Notes: generated from the sequence alone by a model not told the origin. Shown: positions 32,760 to 44,292, numbered from the stretch's first letter. The stretch: 64,000 bases of DNA from Microcoleaceae cyanobacterium (GCA_051652765.1 JBOFUV010000052.1:32001-96000); one strand, 5' to 3'. Made by a program: numbers and translations.

Positions 32760-34388
32760 ATGACTACAGAAATCCAAGCTGAACTCCAAACTGAAGTTGA
32801 ACGGCGGCGTAATTTTGCAATTATTTCTCACCCGGATGCTGGGAAAACGACATTAACGGAAAAGCTACTGCTCTACGGAGGCGCGATCCATGAGGCAGGA
32901 GCAGTGAAAGCCCGACGAGCCCAGCGTCATGCTACTTCAGACTGGATGGCGATGGAACAGCAGCGGGGAATTTCTATCACCTCAACGGTGCTACAGTTCG
33001 AATACTTGGGTCAGCAGATTAATCTACTCGATACCCCTGGACACCAAGATTTTAGTGAAGACACCTACCGAACCCTGGCTGCCGCCGACAATGCAGTGAT
33101 GCTAGAAGATGCAGCAAAAGGATTAGAGCCTCAAACTCGCAAACTGTTTGAAGTCTGCAAAATGCGGGGTTTGCCCATCTTTACCTTTATCAACAAGATG
33201 GATCGACCGGGGCGAGATCCTCTGGAGCTACTGGATGAGATTGAAAAAGAACTGGGTTTAATTCCCTACGCCGTGAATTGGCCTATTGGTATGGGCGATC
33301 GCTTCAAGGGCGTTTTTGATCGCCGCCGTCAGCAAATTCACCTATTTGAACGGTCTAAACATGGCACCAAAGCAGCACTGGATACGGTTATTAGTTTAGG
33401 AGATCCGAAGATTGAAGCGTTGTTAGAACAGGATCTTTACTATCAACTCAAAGAAGAATTAGAACTCTTGGATGAATTAGGGACAGAATTAGATCTAGAC
33501 CAAGTTCATCAAGGCAAAATGACCCCGATTTTCTTCGGGAGTGCCATGACCAATTTTGGCGTGAAATTATTTTTAGAAGCATTTTTAGATTACGCTTTGA
33601 AACCCGGTGTTCACAGCAGTAGCATTGGAGACGTTGAACCAGACTATCCAGAATTCACCGGATTTATCTTCAAGCTCCAAGCCAACATGGATCCTAAACA
33701 CCGCGACCGGGTTGCCTTTGTCCGGGTCTGTACAGGCCGATTTGAAAAGGACATGACGGTGAATCATGCCCGCACTGGAAAAACCGTTCGTCTCTCCCGT
33801 CCGCAGAAGCTATTTGCTCAAGATCGGGAGTCCGTTGAGGTTGCTTATCCAGGAGATGTGATTGGACTGAATAACCCAGGTGTTTTTGCTATTGGTGACA
33901 CCATCTACAATGGAAAACATTTAGAGTACGAAGGAATTCCCTGCTTTTCTCCTGAACTCTTTGCCTACTTGAGAAATCCTAATCCTTCTAAATTTAAACA
34001 GTTTCGCAAGGGTGTTTCAGAACTCCGAGAAGAAGGCGCAGTTCAAATCATGTATTCCGTGGATGAGGCCAAGCGCGATCCGATTTTAGCGGCTATTGGT
34101 CAGCTACAGTTTGAAGTTGTACAATTCCGTTTACAGAATGAGTATGGCGTTGAAACCCATACAGAGCTTTTGCCCTATACGGTTGCTCGTTGGGTGGGGG
34201 GGAGTTGGGAAGCGCTAGAAAAGGTAGGGCGTTTATTTAATACAGTTACTGTCAAGGACAGTTGGGGGAGGCCCGTTCTACTCTTCAGAAATGAGTGGAA
34301 CTGTCGGCAAGTCGAAGGCGAACATCCTGAACTAGACCTGAGAACAATCGCTCCGGTTATTTCTGGTCAAGAACCGGAATCTTTGTAA
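32760..34388 (+). CDS. prfC: Peptide chain release factor 3
   Basis: [43 protein letters not shown]. Confidence 0.98.
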   Translation: MTTEIQAELQTEVERRRNFAIISHPDAGKTTLTEKLLLYGGAIHEAGAVKARRAQRHATSDWMAMEQQRGISITSTVLQFEYLGQQINLLDTPGHQDFSEDTYRTLAAADNAVMLEDAAKGLEPQTRKLFEVCKMRGLPIFTFINKMDRPGRDPLELLDEIEKELGLIPYAVNWPIGMGDRFKGVFDRRRQQIHLFERSKHGTKAALDTVISLGDPKIEALLEQDLYYQLKEELELLDELGTELDLDQVHQGKMTPIFFGSAMTNFGVKLFLEAFLDYALKPGVHSSSIGDVEPDYPEFTGFIFKLQANMDPKHRDRVAFVRVCTGRFEKDMTVNHARTGKTVRLSRPQKLFAQDRESVEVAYPGDVIGLNNPGVFAIGDTIYNGKHLEYEGIPCFSPELFAYLRNPNPSKFKQFRKGVSELREEGAVQIMYSVDEAKRDPILAAIGQLQFEVVQFRLQNEYGVETHTELLPYTVARWVGGSWEALEKVGRLFNTVTVKDSWGRPVLLFRNEWNCRQVEGEHPELDLRTIAPVISGQEPESL

Positions 34389-34415
34389 GCATAAAATCAA
34401 TACGCTGAGTTCTAG

Positions 34416-35945
34416 TCAAGCCAACCGATCAATGGTGCGGTATTGAATGGCCTCAGCAATGTAAGACGGTTTAATTTGATCTTCCCCCACTAGGTCAGCA
34501 ATCGTCCGAGCCACTTTAAGAATGCGATCGCTGGCCCGTGCTGAGAGTCCCAACTTCCGAATCGCGGCTTCTAACAGTTGACAACTGGCATCGTCGAGTT
34601 GGCACCAGCGACGAATATGGCGACTGCCCATTTCAGCATTGCACTGTAAACCCGGTTCCTGCTGAAAGCGAGCATGGGCGCGATCGCGTCCCTGTTGAAC
34701 TCGCTCTCGGATGGTTGTCGAGTCTTCCCCTTGGAGGTTTTGGGTGATTTCCTCTGGCTTCAAGCGATTTACCCCCACTTGTAAATCAATTCGATCCATC
34801 AACGGCCCCGATAGCTTGGCCCAATATTGGACTCGCTGGCGGGGAGAACAGGTACAGGCTTGAATCGGATCACCGTAATACCCACAAGGACAGGGATTGG
34901 TGCTAGCAACCAGGGTAAATTGGGCGGGGAACACAACGGATTGGCGGGTACGGGTTACGGTCACAAAACCATCTTCCAAGGGCTGCCGGAGAAACTCCAA
35001 CACATCCCGTTTAAATTCGGTCAACTCATCCAAGAACAAAATGCCCCGATGGGACAGAGAAATTTCTCCAGGTCGGGGATAGGTACCTCCGCCTACCAAA
35101 GATGGGCCAGAGGCTGAATGATGGGGACTGCGAAAGGGGCGATCGCGCATCAGAGTTCCCCGATTTTTCAGTAGTCCTGCCACAGAATGAATGCGGGTGA
35201 CTTCCAGGGCTTCATCAAACGTTAAGGGAGGTAAAATCCCCGGCAAACGCCTTGCCAACATCGTTTTGCCGCTGCCTGGAGGCCCCACAAAAACAAGATT
35301 GTGTCCCCCCGTTGCCGCAATTTCCAAGGCCCGTCGCCCGTGGCTCTGTCCTTTAACGTCCTTTAAATCCAGGTTAAAGGGCTGAGGGTGGGTTGCAGAC
35401 ACTTGGCGATCAAAGGCCAAGGGCTGCCAACGGTGGGGATGGTTGAGGAAATCGGTCACTTCAATAATTGTTTTGAAGCCATAGACCGACAATCCCTGAA
35501 CAACTGCTGCTTCCTGAGCATTATCTTCAGGAACAATGATCCCAGAAATTCCCAGTTGTTGGGCAGCAGCAGCAATTGGCAAAACTCCAGCTACCGGGCG
35601 CAAGCCGCCATCGAGGGAAACTTCCCCCAGAAATAGAAACTCCCCGAGCAGTTCATGACTCACCTGTTCAGAGGCCGCTAGAATCCCAACACTAATCGGC
35701 AAATCAAAACTTGGCCCCTCTTTTCGCAGGTCTGCCGGAGTCAGATTGACCACAATATTGCCCATGGGGAAGGCATATCCGGCGTTCTTCAAGGTGGCCT
35801 TGACCCGTTCCCTGGATTCTTGAATGGCCATGTCTGGGAGTCCAAGCACCACAATTTTAGGTAGCCCTCCAGAGATATCGACCTCCACTCCAACTTTAAC
35901 CGCGTCAATGCCGACAATTGTGGCACTCCAAACCCTGGCTAGCAT
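34416..35945 (-). CDS. comM: YifB/ComM Mg-chelatase-like AAA+ ATPase
   Basis: ESRERV, GPPGSGKTMLA, PFRSPHHS, PGEISLSHRGILFLDE, NPCPCG, VARTIADL. Confidence 0.92.
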   Translation of the reverse strand: MLARVWSATIVGIDAVKVGVEVDISGGLPKIVVLGLPDMAIQESRERVKATLKNAGYAFPMGNIVVNLTPADLRKEGPSFDLPISVGILAASEQVSHELLGEFLFLGEVSLDGGLRPVAGVLPIAAAAQQLGISGIIVPEDNAQEAAVVQGLSVYGFKTIIEVTDFLNHPHRWQPLAFDRQVSATHPQPFNLDLKDVKGQSHGRRALEIAATGGHNLVFVGPPGSGKTMLARRLPGILPPLTFDEALEVTRIHSVAGLLKNRGTLMRDRPFRSPHHSASGPSLVGGGTYPRPGEISLSHRGILFLDELTEFKRDVLEFLRQPLEDGFVTVTRTRQSVVFPAQFTLVASTNPCPCGYYGDPIQACTCSPRQRVQYWAKLSGPLMDRIDLQVGVNRLKPEEITQNLQGEDSTTIRERVQQGRDRAHARFQQEPGLQCNAEMGSRHIRRWCQLDDASCQLLEAAIRKLGLSARASDRILKVARTIADLVGEDQIKPSYIAEAIQYRTIDRLA

Positions 35946-36070
35946 TGCTTCAATGTTGATGAACAGTTCTAGGCTCCATCATGGCACAGGGAAAGGGCAG
36001 CGACTATCCCATCAGTTTTGACACTTGTCCTTCAATGGTCTACAGTTCCTAGGAAAAAGCTTGCACTAAT

Positions 36071-37129
36071 ATGAAAAATCTACAGGTAAAAAATCTACAG
36101 GAACTTCAAGCCTCAGCCGGAGCAATTTTTGATCAGAACAGCGGCATTCCGATCAGTTTTGGAAATGATCCGTTGGCAATGCAAGCCGTTCAATCTGGCG
36201 TTACAGTCTGCGATCGCTCCCATGGCGGACTATTACAAATTTCCGGGGAAGATCGGTTGCGATTTTTACACAATCAAAGCACAAATGCAATTCAAACCCT
36301 CAAACCAGGGCAAGGTTGTGACACCGTGTTTGTCACCTCTACTGCTCGAACCCTTGATTTGGCAACGGTTTATGTGACTGAGACAGCACTGTTAATCCTT
36401 GTTTCACAAAGTCGTCGGCAGCAGCTTTTAAAGCTACTGGACAAATACATTTTTCCAATGGATCGAATTGAACTCAAAGATGTTAGTCAAGCGTATGTTG
36501 TATTCAATTTGATCGGTTCCAATAGTATTCAATTATTGGAAAAATTGGGAATTAATCTTGAGGAAAAATCCTACGGCAGTCATCAGACTGTTATCGTTGA
36601 AAATATTCCCATTCGAGTTGCTACGGGCAACGGTTTAGCGATAGATGGCTATACAATCATCCTTGAAGTAGAAAAAGCCGGAATCTTTTGGGAGATCTTG
36701 ACAACTCAAGGGGCAATTCCTCTAGGAGAAAACGTTTGGGAAAATCTGCGAATTCAACAGGGGCGACCGATGCCCGATCTTGAACTGACGGAAGATTATA
36801 ATCCTCTAGAAGCTGGACTTTGGCACACAATTTCCTTTGACAAAGGCTGTTATATTGGGCAGGAAACTATTGCTCGATTGAACACGTACAAAGGGGTTAA
36901 ACAGCGGCTATTTGGCATTCAGTTAACTGCTCCTGTTTCCCCTGGAACAGTAATTCGAGTTGGGGATGAAAAAGTCGGAATGCTCACGAGTTACACAGAG
37001 ATTGATCAAAGACATTTTGGCCTCGGTTATATTCGCACTAAAGCAGGAGGAGTTGGGCTGAGCGTTGACGTTGGAGATGTTTCTGGGGAAGTAGTTAAAG
37101 TTCCTTACCTCAATCATCCTTTAGAATAG
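36071..37129 (+). CDS. ygfZ: YgfZ/GcvT-family folate-binding protein
   Basis: KGCYIGQE signature; GEDRLRFLHNQST. Confidence 0.92.
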   Translation: MKNLQVKNLQELQASAGAIFDQNSGIPISFGNDPLAMQAVQSGVTVCDRSHGGLLQISGEDRLRFLHNQSTNAIQTLKPGQGCDTVFVTSTARTLDLATVYVTETALLILVSQSRRQQLLKLLDKYIFPMDRIELKDVSQAYVVFNLIGSNSIQLLEKLGINLEEKSYGSHQTVIVENIPIRVATGNGLAIDGYTIILEVEKAGIFWEILTTQGAIPLGENVWENLRIQQGRPMPDLELTEDYNPLEAGLWHTISFDKGCYIGQETIARLNTYKGVKQRLFGIQLTAPVSPGTVIRVGDEKVGMLTSYTEIDQRHFGLGYIRTKAGGVGLSVDVGDVSGEVVKVPYLNHPLE

Positions 37130-37176
37130 CTCCTAAGACATTACTGAAAATTATTACCAAAAGGCATGATTAAAGT

Positions 37177-37419
37177 TTATATAAACTGCTGAATTAACCT
37201 TGGAATCTCTTTTGGATCAACGCGATCGCACCAGACTTTTTCAGGCAAGATTAAAATCATTGGCCCACTGCCACATTTTCCCAAACATCCGGTTCCTTGA
37301 ACGGTCAAATCTGGACTTGATAGTGCTTGAAAGGTTTCTAAAACTTTGACCGAACCCTGCTTTCGACAGGTTCGATTTTGGCAAATGAGAATCTGTTTAT
37401 GTGAGCAGTTGCTTTGCAT
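37177..37419 (-). CDS. Thioredoxin-like [2Fe-2S] ferredoxin
   Basis: CQNRTC and GCLGKCGSGP. Confidence 0.88.
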   Translation of the reverse strand: MQSNCSHKQILICQNRTCRKQGSVKVLETFQALSSPDLTVQGTGCLGKCGSGPMILILPEKVWCDRVDPKEIPRLIQQFI

Positions 37420-37507
37420 TAGAATAAAAAATGTAAACTTCTATAAATCTAGCTAAATTAGTCTGGTTATCTATCAAACTACGGATTAGAATAATACACC
37501 TTATCGG

Positions 37508-40500
37508 ATGAGTGAAGGCGGAACAATGGTAACAACAGGATTAGTGCAAACCGTTATTCAAGCCATGATTCAGACAAAGTACCAGACGCCACTTTCACTT
37601 CTCTTTCAAGGGGGTCTATCTTGTTGGGTTTTAGGAATTACTTCTGTTCCGACTCACGCTCAAATTGTGCCTGATCGCACTCTCCCTAGCAACACAATTA
37701 TTACCCCTAATGGAACTCTAATTAAAATTGAGGGGGGTACTCAAACTGGAAGCAATTTGTTTCATAGCTTTCAGGAATTTTCAGTGAATACAGGAACCAC
37801 AGCCTTTTTTAATAATGTTCCAGAAATTCAAAATATTATCAGTCGAGTCACAGGAAGTAACCTTTCTAATATTGATGGTTTGATTCAGGCCAATGGGATG
37901 GCGAATTTATACCTACTCAATCCGAATGGAATTATTTTCGGCCCCAATGCTCAACTGAATATCGGCGGTTCCTTCATCGGCAGTACGGCGGATCGAGTTC
38001 TGTTCAATGATGGGACGACCTTTAATGCGGTCAATCCCTCAGCCAATCCCTTACTGACCGTGAATGTTCCTGTGGGGCTCCAATTGGGGGCCACATCACC
38101 CACCATTGTTAACCGCTCTCAAGCCATGGGCATCGGTTTAGACGGAATGCCCACAACAACTGGACTCCAGGTGCAACCGGGACAGGCGATCGTCCTGATT
38201 GGCGGCAATGTCAGTTTAGAGGGGGGGTACTTAACGGCCTTTGATGGTCGGATTGAATTGGGAGCGTTGCAGAATGGAATCTGGCCGTTAGATGCAGGGA
38301 TGCCCGTGCAAGCCACTCAGATTCAATTTAACTCTCTTCAACCCTCAGACCTGCAACCGACTCAAACCGGACAGATTCAGCTTTTTGGCGGCAGTCAAGT
38401 GAATACCAGTGGCGCAAGTGGCGGTGAAATTCGAGTTCAGGGGGACACGGTTTTTTTAACCGAAGGCTCAAGTTTCACAGCTAATACCTTTGGCCCATTC
38501 AGTGGGGGTGGGGTTAACATCCAAGCCTCCCGGCTCCGCCTGCAAAATCGAGCGTTCGTTTCAGCTTCAACCTTCCTCGATTCTGGGGATGCTGGAGGAA
38601 TTACCGTCAACGCCAACCGAGTGGAGCTGATTGGCGTTGCTCCCTTTCAGTTGATTGAGCAGTTGCTCTCCCTGGTCAATCCTGATCCTGCCGGAACAGG
38701 GTTCGATCCAACCCAGCCTCAAGACGGTCTTTATAGTTTCAGTGGGGGGTCTGGAAAAGCTGGAGACATCGTGATTAATGCTAATCAATTAATTGTCAGC
38801 AATGGGACAGGTATTGCAACAACGGCCCTGCTGGAGGGCCAGGGTGGGAACTTACAATTAAACATTGCCCAAGTCGCAGACCTACAAGGCGGTTCAATTC
38901 TACTGACAGGGTCAGCAGGGTCTGGGGCTTCTGGAAATTTTGTGCTGAATACCCCACAACTCTGGGTGTTAAATGGAACTGTTCTGACAACGGCCACCAT
39001 TAACCAAGACAACCCAGCTCTAGGCGGAGATATTATCATCAATGCTGATCAGATTGAACTGCGAGGAACCCCTGGGGGAGCCATCACTCCAGGAGGAGTG
39101 TTCGCCACAACTTTGGGGCTAGGAAATGCTGGAGATTTGACGATCAATTCCCGTCAGTTAACCGTTGCCGATGGGGCGCAAGTGTCAGCCTCATCCTCGG
39201 GGGCTGGACAGGGGGGTAACCTCACGGTTAATGCCGAGTTCATTGAACTCTCTGGATTGTCTCCCGATGGTCGATTTCTGAGTGGGTTGCTCACGTCTTC
39301 TTCTTTGCTTACGGTGCAAGGACGACGAGGAACAGCGGGAGCAGGGAACTTAACGGTTGATACCAACCGTTTGGTACTGCAAAATGGAGCGCAAATTTCA
39401 GCAGCAACGGGAGGAGAAGGGGAAGCCGGGGACTTAAGGATTCGGGCCACTGAATCCCTGGAAGTCAGTGGATTTGCGACCAATGTTGACCCGTCGGTAG
39501 AAAAGGTTTCCTTTGGTGTGATCGGGGATGGGATTATTCCCACAGCGATTGAGTCCAACACTAGTGGATCAGGCACTGCCGGAGACTTAACTATTCAAAC
39601 GGGTCAGTTAATGGTTCGGGATGGAGCCGAGATTGGAGTTCGGGGAACAGGGATAGGATCGGCGGGAAACTTGACCGTGAGCGCAAATTCAATTCGCTTG
39701 AGTAATGCCGGAACCCTCAGTGCCGCCACCAATTCAGGAACCCAGGGAAATATCGTTCTCCAGGCTAGAGAAGTTGAACTGCGTCAGGGCAGCCGAATTT
39801 CCACCAATTCTAGAACAGCAAATGGGGGCAATATTACAATGGCTACTGACCTAGTTCTTGCCCTCGAAAACAGCGATATCACTGCCAATGCGGAGCAAGG
39901 TCAGGGAGGAAGGGTGGTAATCAGTGCTCAAGGCATTTTAGGAACCCAGTTTCAGGAGCAACAAACCCCTGCAAGCGATATCACTGCCACGAGTGAACTG
40001 GGAGCAGAATTCAGTGGCATCGTCGAGATCAACCGTCCTGAGGCCGATCCCAGTGCAGGGTTGGTCGATTTGCCAGACGAAGTGATTGATCCAGCTACGT
40101 TGGTGATTGCGAGTTGTGACAGCTACGCCGGAAGTGAATTTACCCTCGTGGGTCGGGGCGGCTTACCCCCCAGTCCTAACGATGCCTTCACCAGTAGCGG
40201 ACTGGTTATCGGCTGGATTGACTGGGTCGAAAGGGAACATAGCCAGATGCCAGAGCACCAGGAGCAGGAACCAACAGGTTTTAACCCATCTTCTCACCCA
40301 GGAACAGACAGTTCTTTAGACCGTTCTTTAAGTCTGAACAGCCAACCTCATCCCCAATCCCCCAGCCTTAAACCCTTATCAGTCTTAATAGAAGCTCAGG
40401 GATGGGTATTTCAACCCGACGGAACCGTTGAACTTGTGGCTCGTCCAGAACAAGCCACACTACAACGCTCAGGGTTCAATCCGCAGGATTGTCAAGCCCA

Positions 40501-40531
40501 GGGGATGTCGGATTCAGAAACTTCACCCTAG
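37508..40531 (+). CDS. Filamentous haemagglutinin N-terminal (TPS) domain exoprotein
   Basis: AQIVPD after signal region; NLFHSFQEF, NPNGIIFG; beta-helix G.AG.L.I repeats; GRGGLPPSP and EAQGW C-terminal motifs; start codon uncertain. Confidence 0.9.
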   Translation: MSEGGTMVTTGLVQTVIQAMIQTKYQTPLSLLFQGGLSCWVLGITSVPTHAQIVPDRTLPSNTIITPNGTLIKIEGGTQTGSNLFHSFQEFSVNTGTTAFFNNVPEIQNIISRVTGSNLSNIDGLIQANGMANLYLLNPNGIIFGPNAQLNIGGSFIGSTADRVLFNDGTTFNAVNPSANPLLTVNVPVGLQLGATSPTIVNRSQAMGIGLDGMPTTTGLQVQPGQAIVLIGGNVSLEGGYLTAFDGRIELGALQNGIWPLDAGMPVQATQIQFNSLQPSDLQPTQTGQIQLFGGSQVNTSGASGGEIRVQGDTVFLTEGSSFTANTFGPFSGGGVNIQASRLRLQNRAFVSASTFLDSGDAGGITVNANRVELIGVAPFQLIEQLLSLVNPDPAGTGFDPTQPQDGLYSFSGGSGKAGDIVINANQLIVSNGTGIATTALLEGQGGNLQLNIAQVADLQGGSILLTGSAGSGASGNFVLNTPQLWVLNGTVLTTATINQDNPALGGDIIINADQIELRGTPGGAITPGGVFATTLGLGNAGDLTINSRQLTVADGAQVSASSSGAGQGGNLTVNAEFIELSGLSPDGRFLSGLLTSSSLLTVQGRRGTAGAGNLTVDTNRLVLQNGAQISAATGGEGEAGDLRIRATESLEVSGFATNVDPSVEKVSFGVIGDGIIPTAIESNTSGSGTAGDLTIQTGQLMVRDGAEIGVRGTGIGSAGNLTVSANSIRLSNAGTLSAATNSGTQGNIVLQAREVELRQGSRISTNSRTANGGNITMATDLVLALENSDITANAEQGQGGRVVISAQGILGTQFQEQQTPASDITATSELGAEFSGIVEINRPEADPSAGLVDLPDEVIDPATLVIASCDSYAGSEFTLVGRGGLPPSPNDAFTSSGLVIGWIDWVEREHSQMPEHQEQEPTGFNPSSHPGTDSSLDRSLSLNSQPHPQSPSLKPLSVLIEAQGWVFQPDGTVELVARPEQATLQRSGFNPQDCQAQGMSDSETSP

Positions 40532-40536
40532 AACTT

Positions 40537-43116
40537 ATGGTAAATCGGGGAGGATTCGTTATTCTTGGCCTTTTATCTCTGGGATTGTCTTGGGGAATTC
40601 TGTATCCTGTGCTGGAGGTTCAGGGGCAGAATATCACTTCAGCAATTGCAAACTCTGATGCGAACTCTGATTCCAGAACCCTAGTTGAACAGGGCAAGCA
40701 GTTGTACCAGGCTGGACAATTAACTGAAGCTGCCAGAATTTTACAACAGGCGATCGCTGAATTAACGGCCCAGGGAGATACTCTGAATCAGGCGATCGCC
40801 CTTGCCAATCTCTCCCTCATTTGGCAAGCTTTGGGGGAATGGCAGCAGGCAGAATCAGCAGTTAACCTGGCAATTAACATCAGTTTGCAGTGGGTTCAGG
40901 AGCGCCCTGAAATTCTAGCCCAGGTGCTCAACATTCAGGGTCAGCTTCAGTTCGCTCAGGGACACCCAGAACAAGCCCTCACGACCTGGAAACAGGCAAC
41001 AAAACATTATCAAGAAACAGGCAACCTCTCTGGGAGCATCGCCAGTCAAATTAACCAAGCTCAAGCCCTACAAGCTCTAGGACTTTATCGACAGGGATTG
41101 CATACCTTACAAAATCTACAAGGGGTTTTAAGTGCCCAACCCAATTCTGAATTAAAAGTCATGGGATTAAAAAGTTTGGGGGATGCCCTGCGGGTGGTGG
41201 GAGACTTAAACCAGGCAGAAACAGTCTTACAACAAGGGTTAACCCTGGCGGAAACAATTCACCCTTCGCAGCCCGAGGTGTCCCAGCTTGTGGCTGAACT
41301 CTCCATGAGTTTAGGGAATGTGGCCCAAGCCCAAGGACAGACAGAAACAGCCCTAGAACTTTACCAAAACGCCATCAATACTTCTGAATCTGACTTAATC
41401 CAAGTTCAAGCTCAACTCAATCAATTGCAACTGTGGGTTACTACAGAGCAATGGGCATCAGCCCGTCAGTTAATTTCCCAGGTTCAAGCTCAGTTGCTAA
41501 CGTTGCCTCCCAGTCGTCTGAAGGTTTATGCAGCCGTGAATTTGGCAAATCGTCTGGCTCAGATTCCAGGAACTCCTGCTCTACAACCACAGGCCATAAC
41601 CCTGTTAACCCTAGCTGTGCAAGAGGCGAGAACGTTGCAAGATATCCGAGCAGAAGCCCATGCCCTCGGCAGTTTGGGCCGGATTTATGAACAAAATCAG
41701 CAGGGATCAATTGCTCAAACCTTCACCACCCAAGCCCTATTGCTGGCCCAATCTATCCAAGCCTCGGATATTGCTTACCAGTGGCAGTGGCAGTTGGGAC
41801 GGTTACTGAAGGTGCAGGGCAAAACAGTCGAGGCGATCGCTGCCTACACAGAAGCCGTCAACACCCTGAATTCCCTACGTTCAGACTTGGTGGCCATCAA
41901 TCCAGAGGTGCAGTTCTCCTTTCGAGAGAGTGTTGAACCGGTTTACCGGGAGTTAGTCGGTTTGATTTTGCAGCCTGAAGGGTTAGGGCAGCAGCCCAAT
42001 CAAAAAAATCTTGAAAAAGCTCGCGCCTTGATGGAATCCCTGCAACTGGCTGAACTCGACAACTTCTTTCGAGAAGCCTGCTTGGATGCAAGCCTTCAGC
42101 CCCAAAATATTGACCAAATTGACCCCACGGCTGCCGTCCTCTATCCGATTATTCTGGCCGATCGGCTAGAAGTCATTCTGGCTTTGCCGGGAAAACCGCT
42201 GCAGTCTTATTCAACTCCTGTCCCCCAAGCTCAAGTCGAGGCAACCGCCCGCCAACTGCGCCAAATCCTCAGACCTGTGTTTTCTACCCAACAACGATTA
42301 GAACTGTCTCAGCAAATCTACAATTGGTTGATCCAGCCAGCAGCAGCCGATCTAAACGATCATCAGATTCAAACTCTGGTGTTTGTGCTGGATGGAGAAC
42401 TCCGAAATCTTCCCATGGCAGTCTTGTTTGACGGCCAGCGATATTTGCTGGAAACCTACAATTTGGTCGTGACTCCAGGGTTGCAACTGTTGAAACCCCA
42501 GTTGGGTCAAACACAAATTCAGACGTTAGCCATGGGGTTAACGGAAGCTCGTCAGGGATTTGTAGCCCTGCCTGCCGTCGGCTTTGAGATTGAACAAATT
42601 CAGGCACAGATCCCCTCAACTGTTTTGCTCAATCAACAGTTTACCCTGGGCAATCTGGCAGCCCAAATTCAACAGGGCGATTTTCCCATAATTCACTTGG
42701 CGACTCACGGGCAGTTTAGTTCTCGGGCTGAGGATACATTCCTGCTGACGTGGGACAGTCGAGTGAATGTCAAGGATCTGGATCAACTGCTTCGGAGTCG
42801 CTCAGCGGGATCGCTAACCCCCATCGAACTGCTCGTCCTCAGTGCTTGCCAAACGGCTGCAGGCGATCGCAAGGCCGCCCTAGGACTAGCGGGAGTTGCG
42901 GTCGGTTCAGGAGCGCGCAGTACTGTGGCAAGCTTGTGGCAGGTGAATGATGTTTCTACTGCATTGTTCATGGCTGAATTCTACCAAGCTCTAACTCAAC
43001 CGGGTATCAACAAAGCTGAAGCCCTGCGCCAAGCTCAGCTTCAACTCCTACAACAACCCAAGTACAGTGATCCGTTTTACTGGGCTGCTTTCCTTCTGGT
43101 GGGAAATTGGTTATAA
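40537..43116 (+). CDS. Exported TPR + CHAT (caspase-like) protease
   Basis: Hydrophobic N-terminus, TPR helices, HLATHG and VLSACQT dyad, ASLW.V.D, PFYWAAF; ATG 5 nt after the upstream stop. Confidence 0.93.
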   Translation: MVNRGGFVILGLLSLGLSWGILYPVLEVQGQNITSAIANSDANSDSRTLVEQGKQLYQAGQLTEAARILQQAIAELTAQGDTLNQAIALANLSLIWQALGEWQQAESAVNLAINISLQWVQERPEILAQVLNIQGQLQFAQGHPEQALTTWKQATKHYQETGNLSGSIASQINQAQALQALGLYRQGLHTLQNLQGVLSAQPNSELKVMGLKSLGDALRVVGDLNQAETVLQQGLTLAETIHPSQPEVSQLVAELSMSLGNVAQAQGQTETALELYQNAINTSESDLIQVQAQLNQLQLWVTTEQWASARQLISQVQAQLLTLPPSRLKVYAAVNLANRLAQIPGTPALQPQAITLLTLAVQEARTLQDIRAEAHALGSLGRIYEQNQQGSIAQTFTTQALLLAQSIQASDIAYQWQWQLGRLLKVQGKTVEAIAAYTEAVNTLNSLRSDLVAINPEVQFSFRESVEPVYRELVGLILQPEGLGQQPNQKNLEKARALMESLQLAELDNFFREACLDASLQPQNIDQIDPTAAVLYPIILADRLEVILALPGKPLQSYSTPVPQAQVEATARQLRQILRPVFSTQQRLELSQQIYNWLIQPAAADLNDHQIQTLVFVLDGELRNLPMAVLFDGQRYLLETYNLVVTPGLQLLKPQLGQTQIQTLAMGLTEARQGFVALPAVGFEIEQIQAQIPSTVLLNQQFTLGNLAAQIQQGDFPIIHLATHGQFSSRAEDTFLLTWDSRVNVKDLDQLLRSRSAGSLTPIELLVLSACQTAAGDRKAALGLAGVAVGSGARSTVASLWQVNDVSTALFMAEFYQALTQPGINKAEALRQAQLQLLQQPKYSDPFYWAAFLLVGNWL

Positions 43117-43413
43117 TTGTTCAGTAGCTAGTCACTTCCAAATCTATTTCAAGTCTTCCTGAGGTTTAAGGTTAGGAACTTGGAAATTAGGTCACAGAGC
43201 TTGAGTTAAGGCTAACTTTATCGTTAGTCACAACTTTGTCCGGTTTTATCCTCAACCGGGTAGCAGAAGAGTAACAAAGGTTGTACCTTTTCGGTTTTTT
43301 AGTTAAGAGCTTTAGATAGGAGTTCCTTTCAACTTTTAGATTTTTCCTATCTCTTGGTGCATGTCAGGTTTTTACGCTTAATGTTTCCTTGTGCTTTCGG
43401 GGGTTAATTAACT

Positions 43414-44292
43414 ATGTTAAGACGATCTTTTTTTATTCAGGAATTTTTAAGTCTTGTGACAGTTTTTGGTGTCGGAATCTGTGCATTCCCGACCCTAGCG
43501 GCAGAGCCTCAGCGCTCTATTTCCCCTCAAAAACCCCAAGCTCCAAACTCCACAACTAGAAGTCAGTCTAGATCTCTATTTTCTCCTCAACCTAGACAAC
43601 ATCAGTCTAATCAATCCAAGCAACGTCGAACAGGGAGTGCTGCTTTTAAGCCTTTGCCGGGTCGGGGAATGCCTGCTGCCACGGCTGGAGGAGCATCCCG
43701 AGGACAATGTCCATCTGTGGAGATGGGTAGTTCACCCTTGGTTGCTCTTGTTCCTGCTTTAGCAATACCTGGAGCGATCGCCCCAGAGATTGAGGGTCTG
43801 ACGGTTGATCCGTTACCGACTTTTTTCTTTTACGTTGAAGGCTTGGGAATGCAGCAGGTTGCATTCAGCCTCAAGGACGAGAGCAACAATGATGTTTACA
43901 CCACAGTTCTGTCCCTCTCGGAGCAGAAAACAGGGGTAATGCAAGTGCAGTTGCCCCCTGAGATCTCACCCCTGAAAGTAGGTCAGACGTACCGCTGGTC
44001 TTTTGGAATTCTCTGCGAAGCCCAGAACCCCAATGTTCCTTCGGAGGTGATGTTTGTGACTGGAGCAGTCCAACGAATTGAACCTGATGCTGGCTTGCTG
44101 CAGCAGCTCGCACAGGCGAGCCCCTTGGAACAAGCAGTTTTATATGCCCAGAATGGCATCTGGTTTAATAGTGTAAAATCCTTAGCAAACCTTCGCCAGT
44201 CTCAGCCAGATGATCCAATGACATTGGCTAAGTGGCAAGAACTGCTGCAATCTGTTCAGTTAGAGCAATTAGCAACAGCGCCTCTTCTGTGA
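43414..44292 (+). CDS. DUF928 domain protein
   Basis: Signal peptide, GGASRGQC, PTFFFYV, YRWSF, GAVQRI, YAQNGIWF, WQELLQSV. Confidence 0.88.
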   Translation: MLRRSFFIQEFLSLVTVFGVGICAFPTLAAEPQRSISPQKPQAPNSTTRSQSRSLFSPQPRQHQSNQSKQRRTGSAAFKPLPGRGMPAATAGGASRGQCPSVEMGSSPLVALVPALAIPGAIAPEIEGLTVDPLPTFFFYVEGLGMQQVAFSLKDESNNDVYTTVLSLSEQKTGVMQVQLPPEISPLKVGQTYRWSFGILCEAQNPNVPSEVMFVTGAVQRIEPDAGLLQQLAQASPLEQAVLYAQNGIWFNSVKSLANLRQSQPDDPMTLAKWQELLQSVQLEQLATAPLL

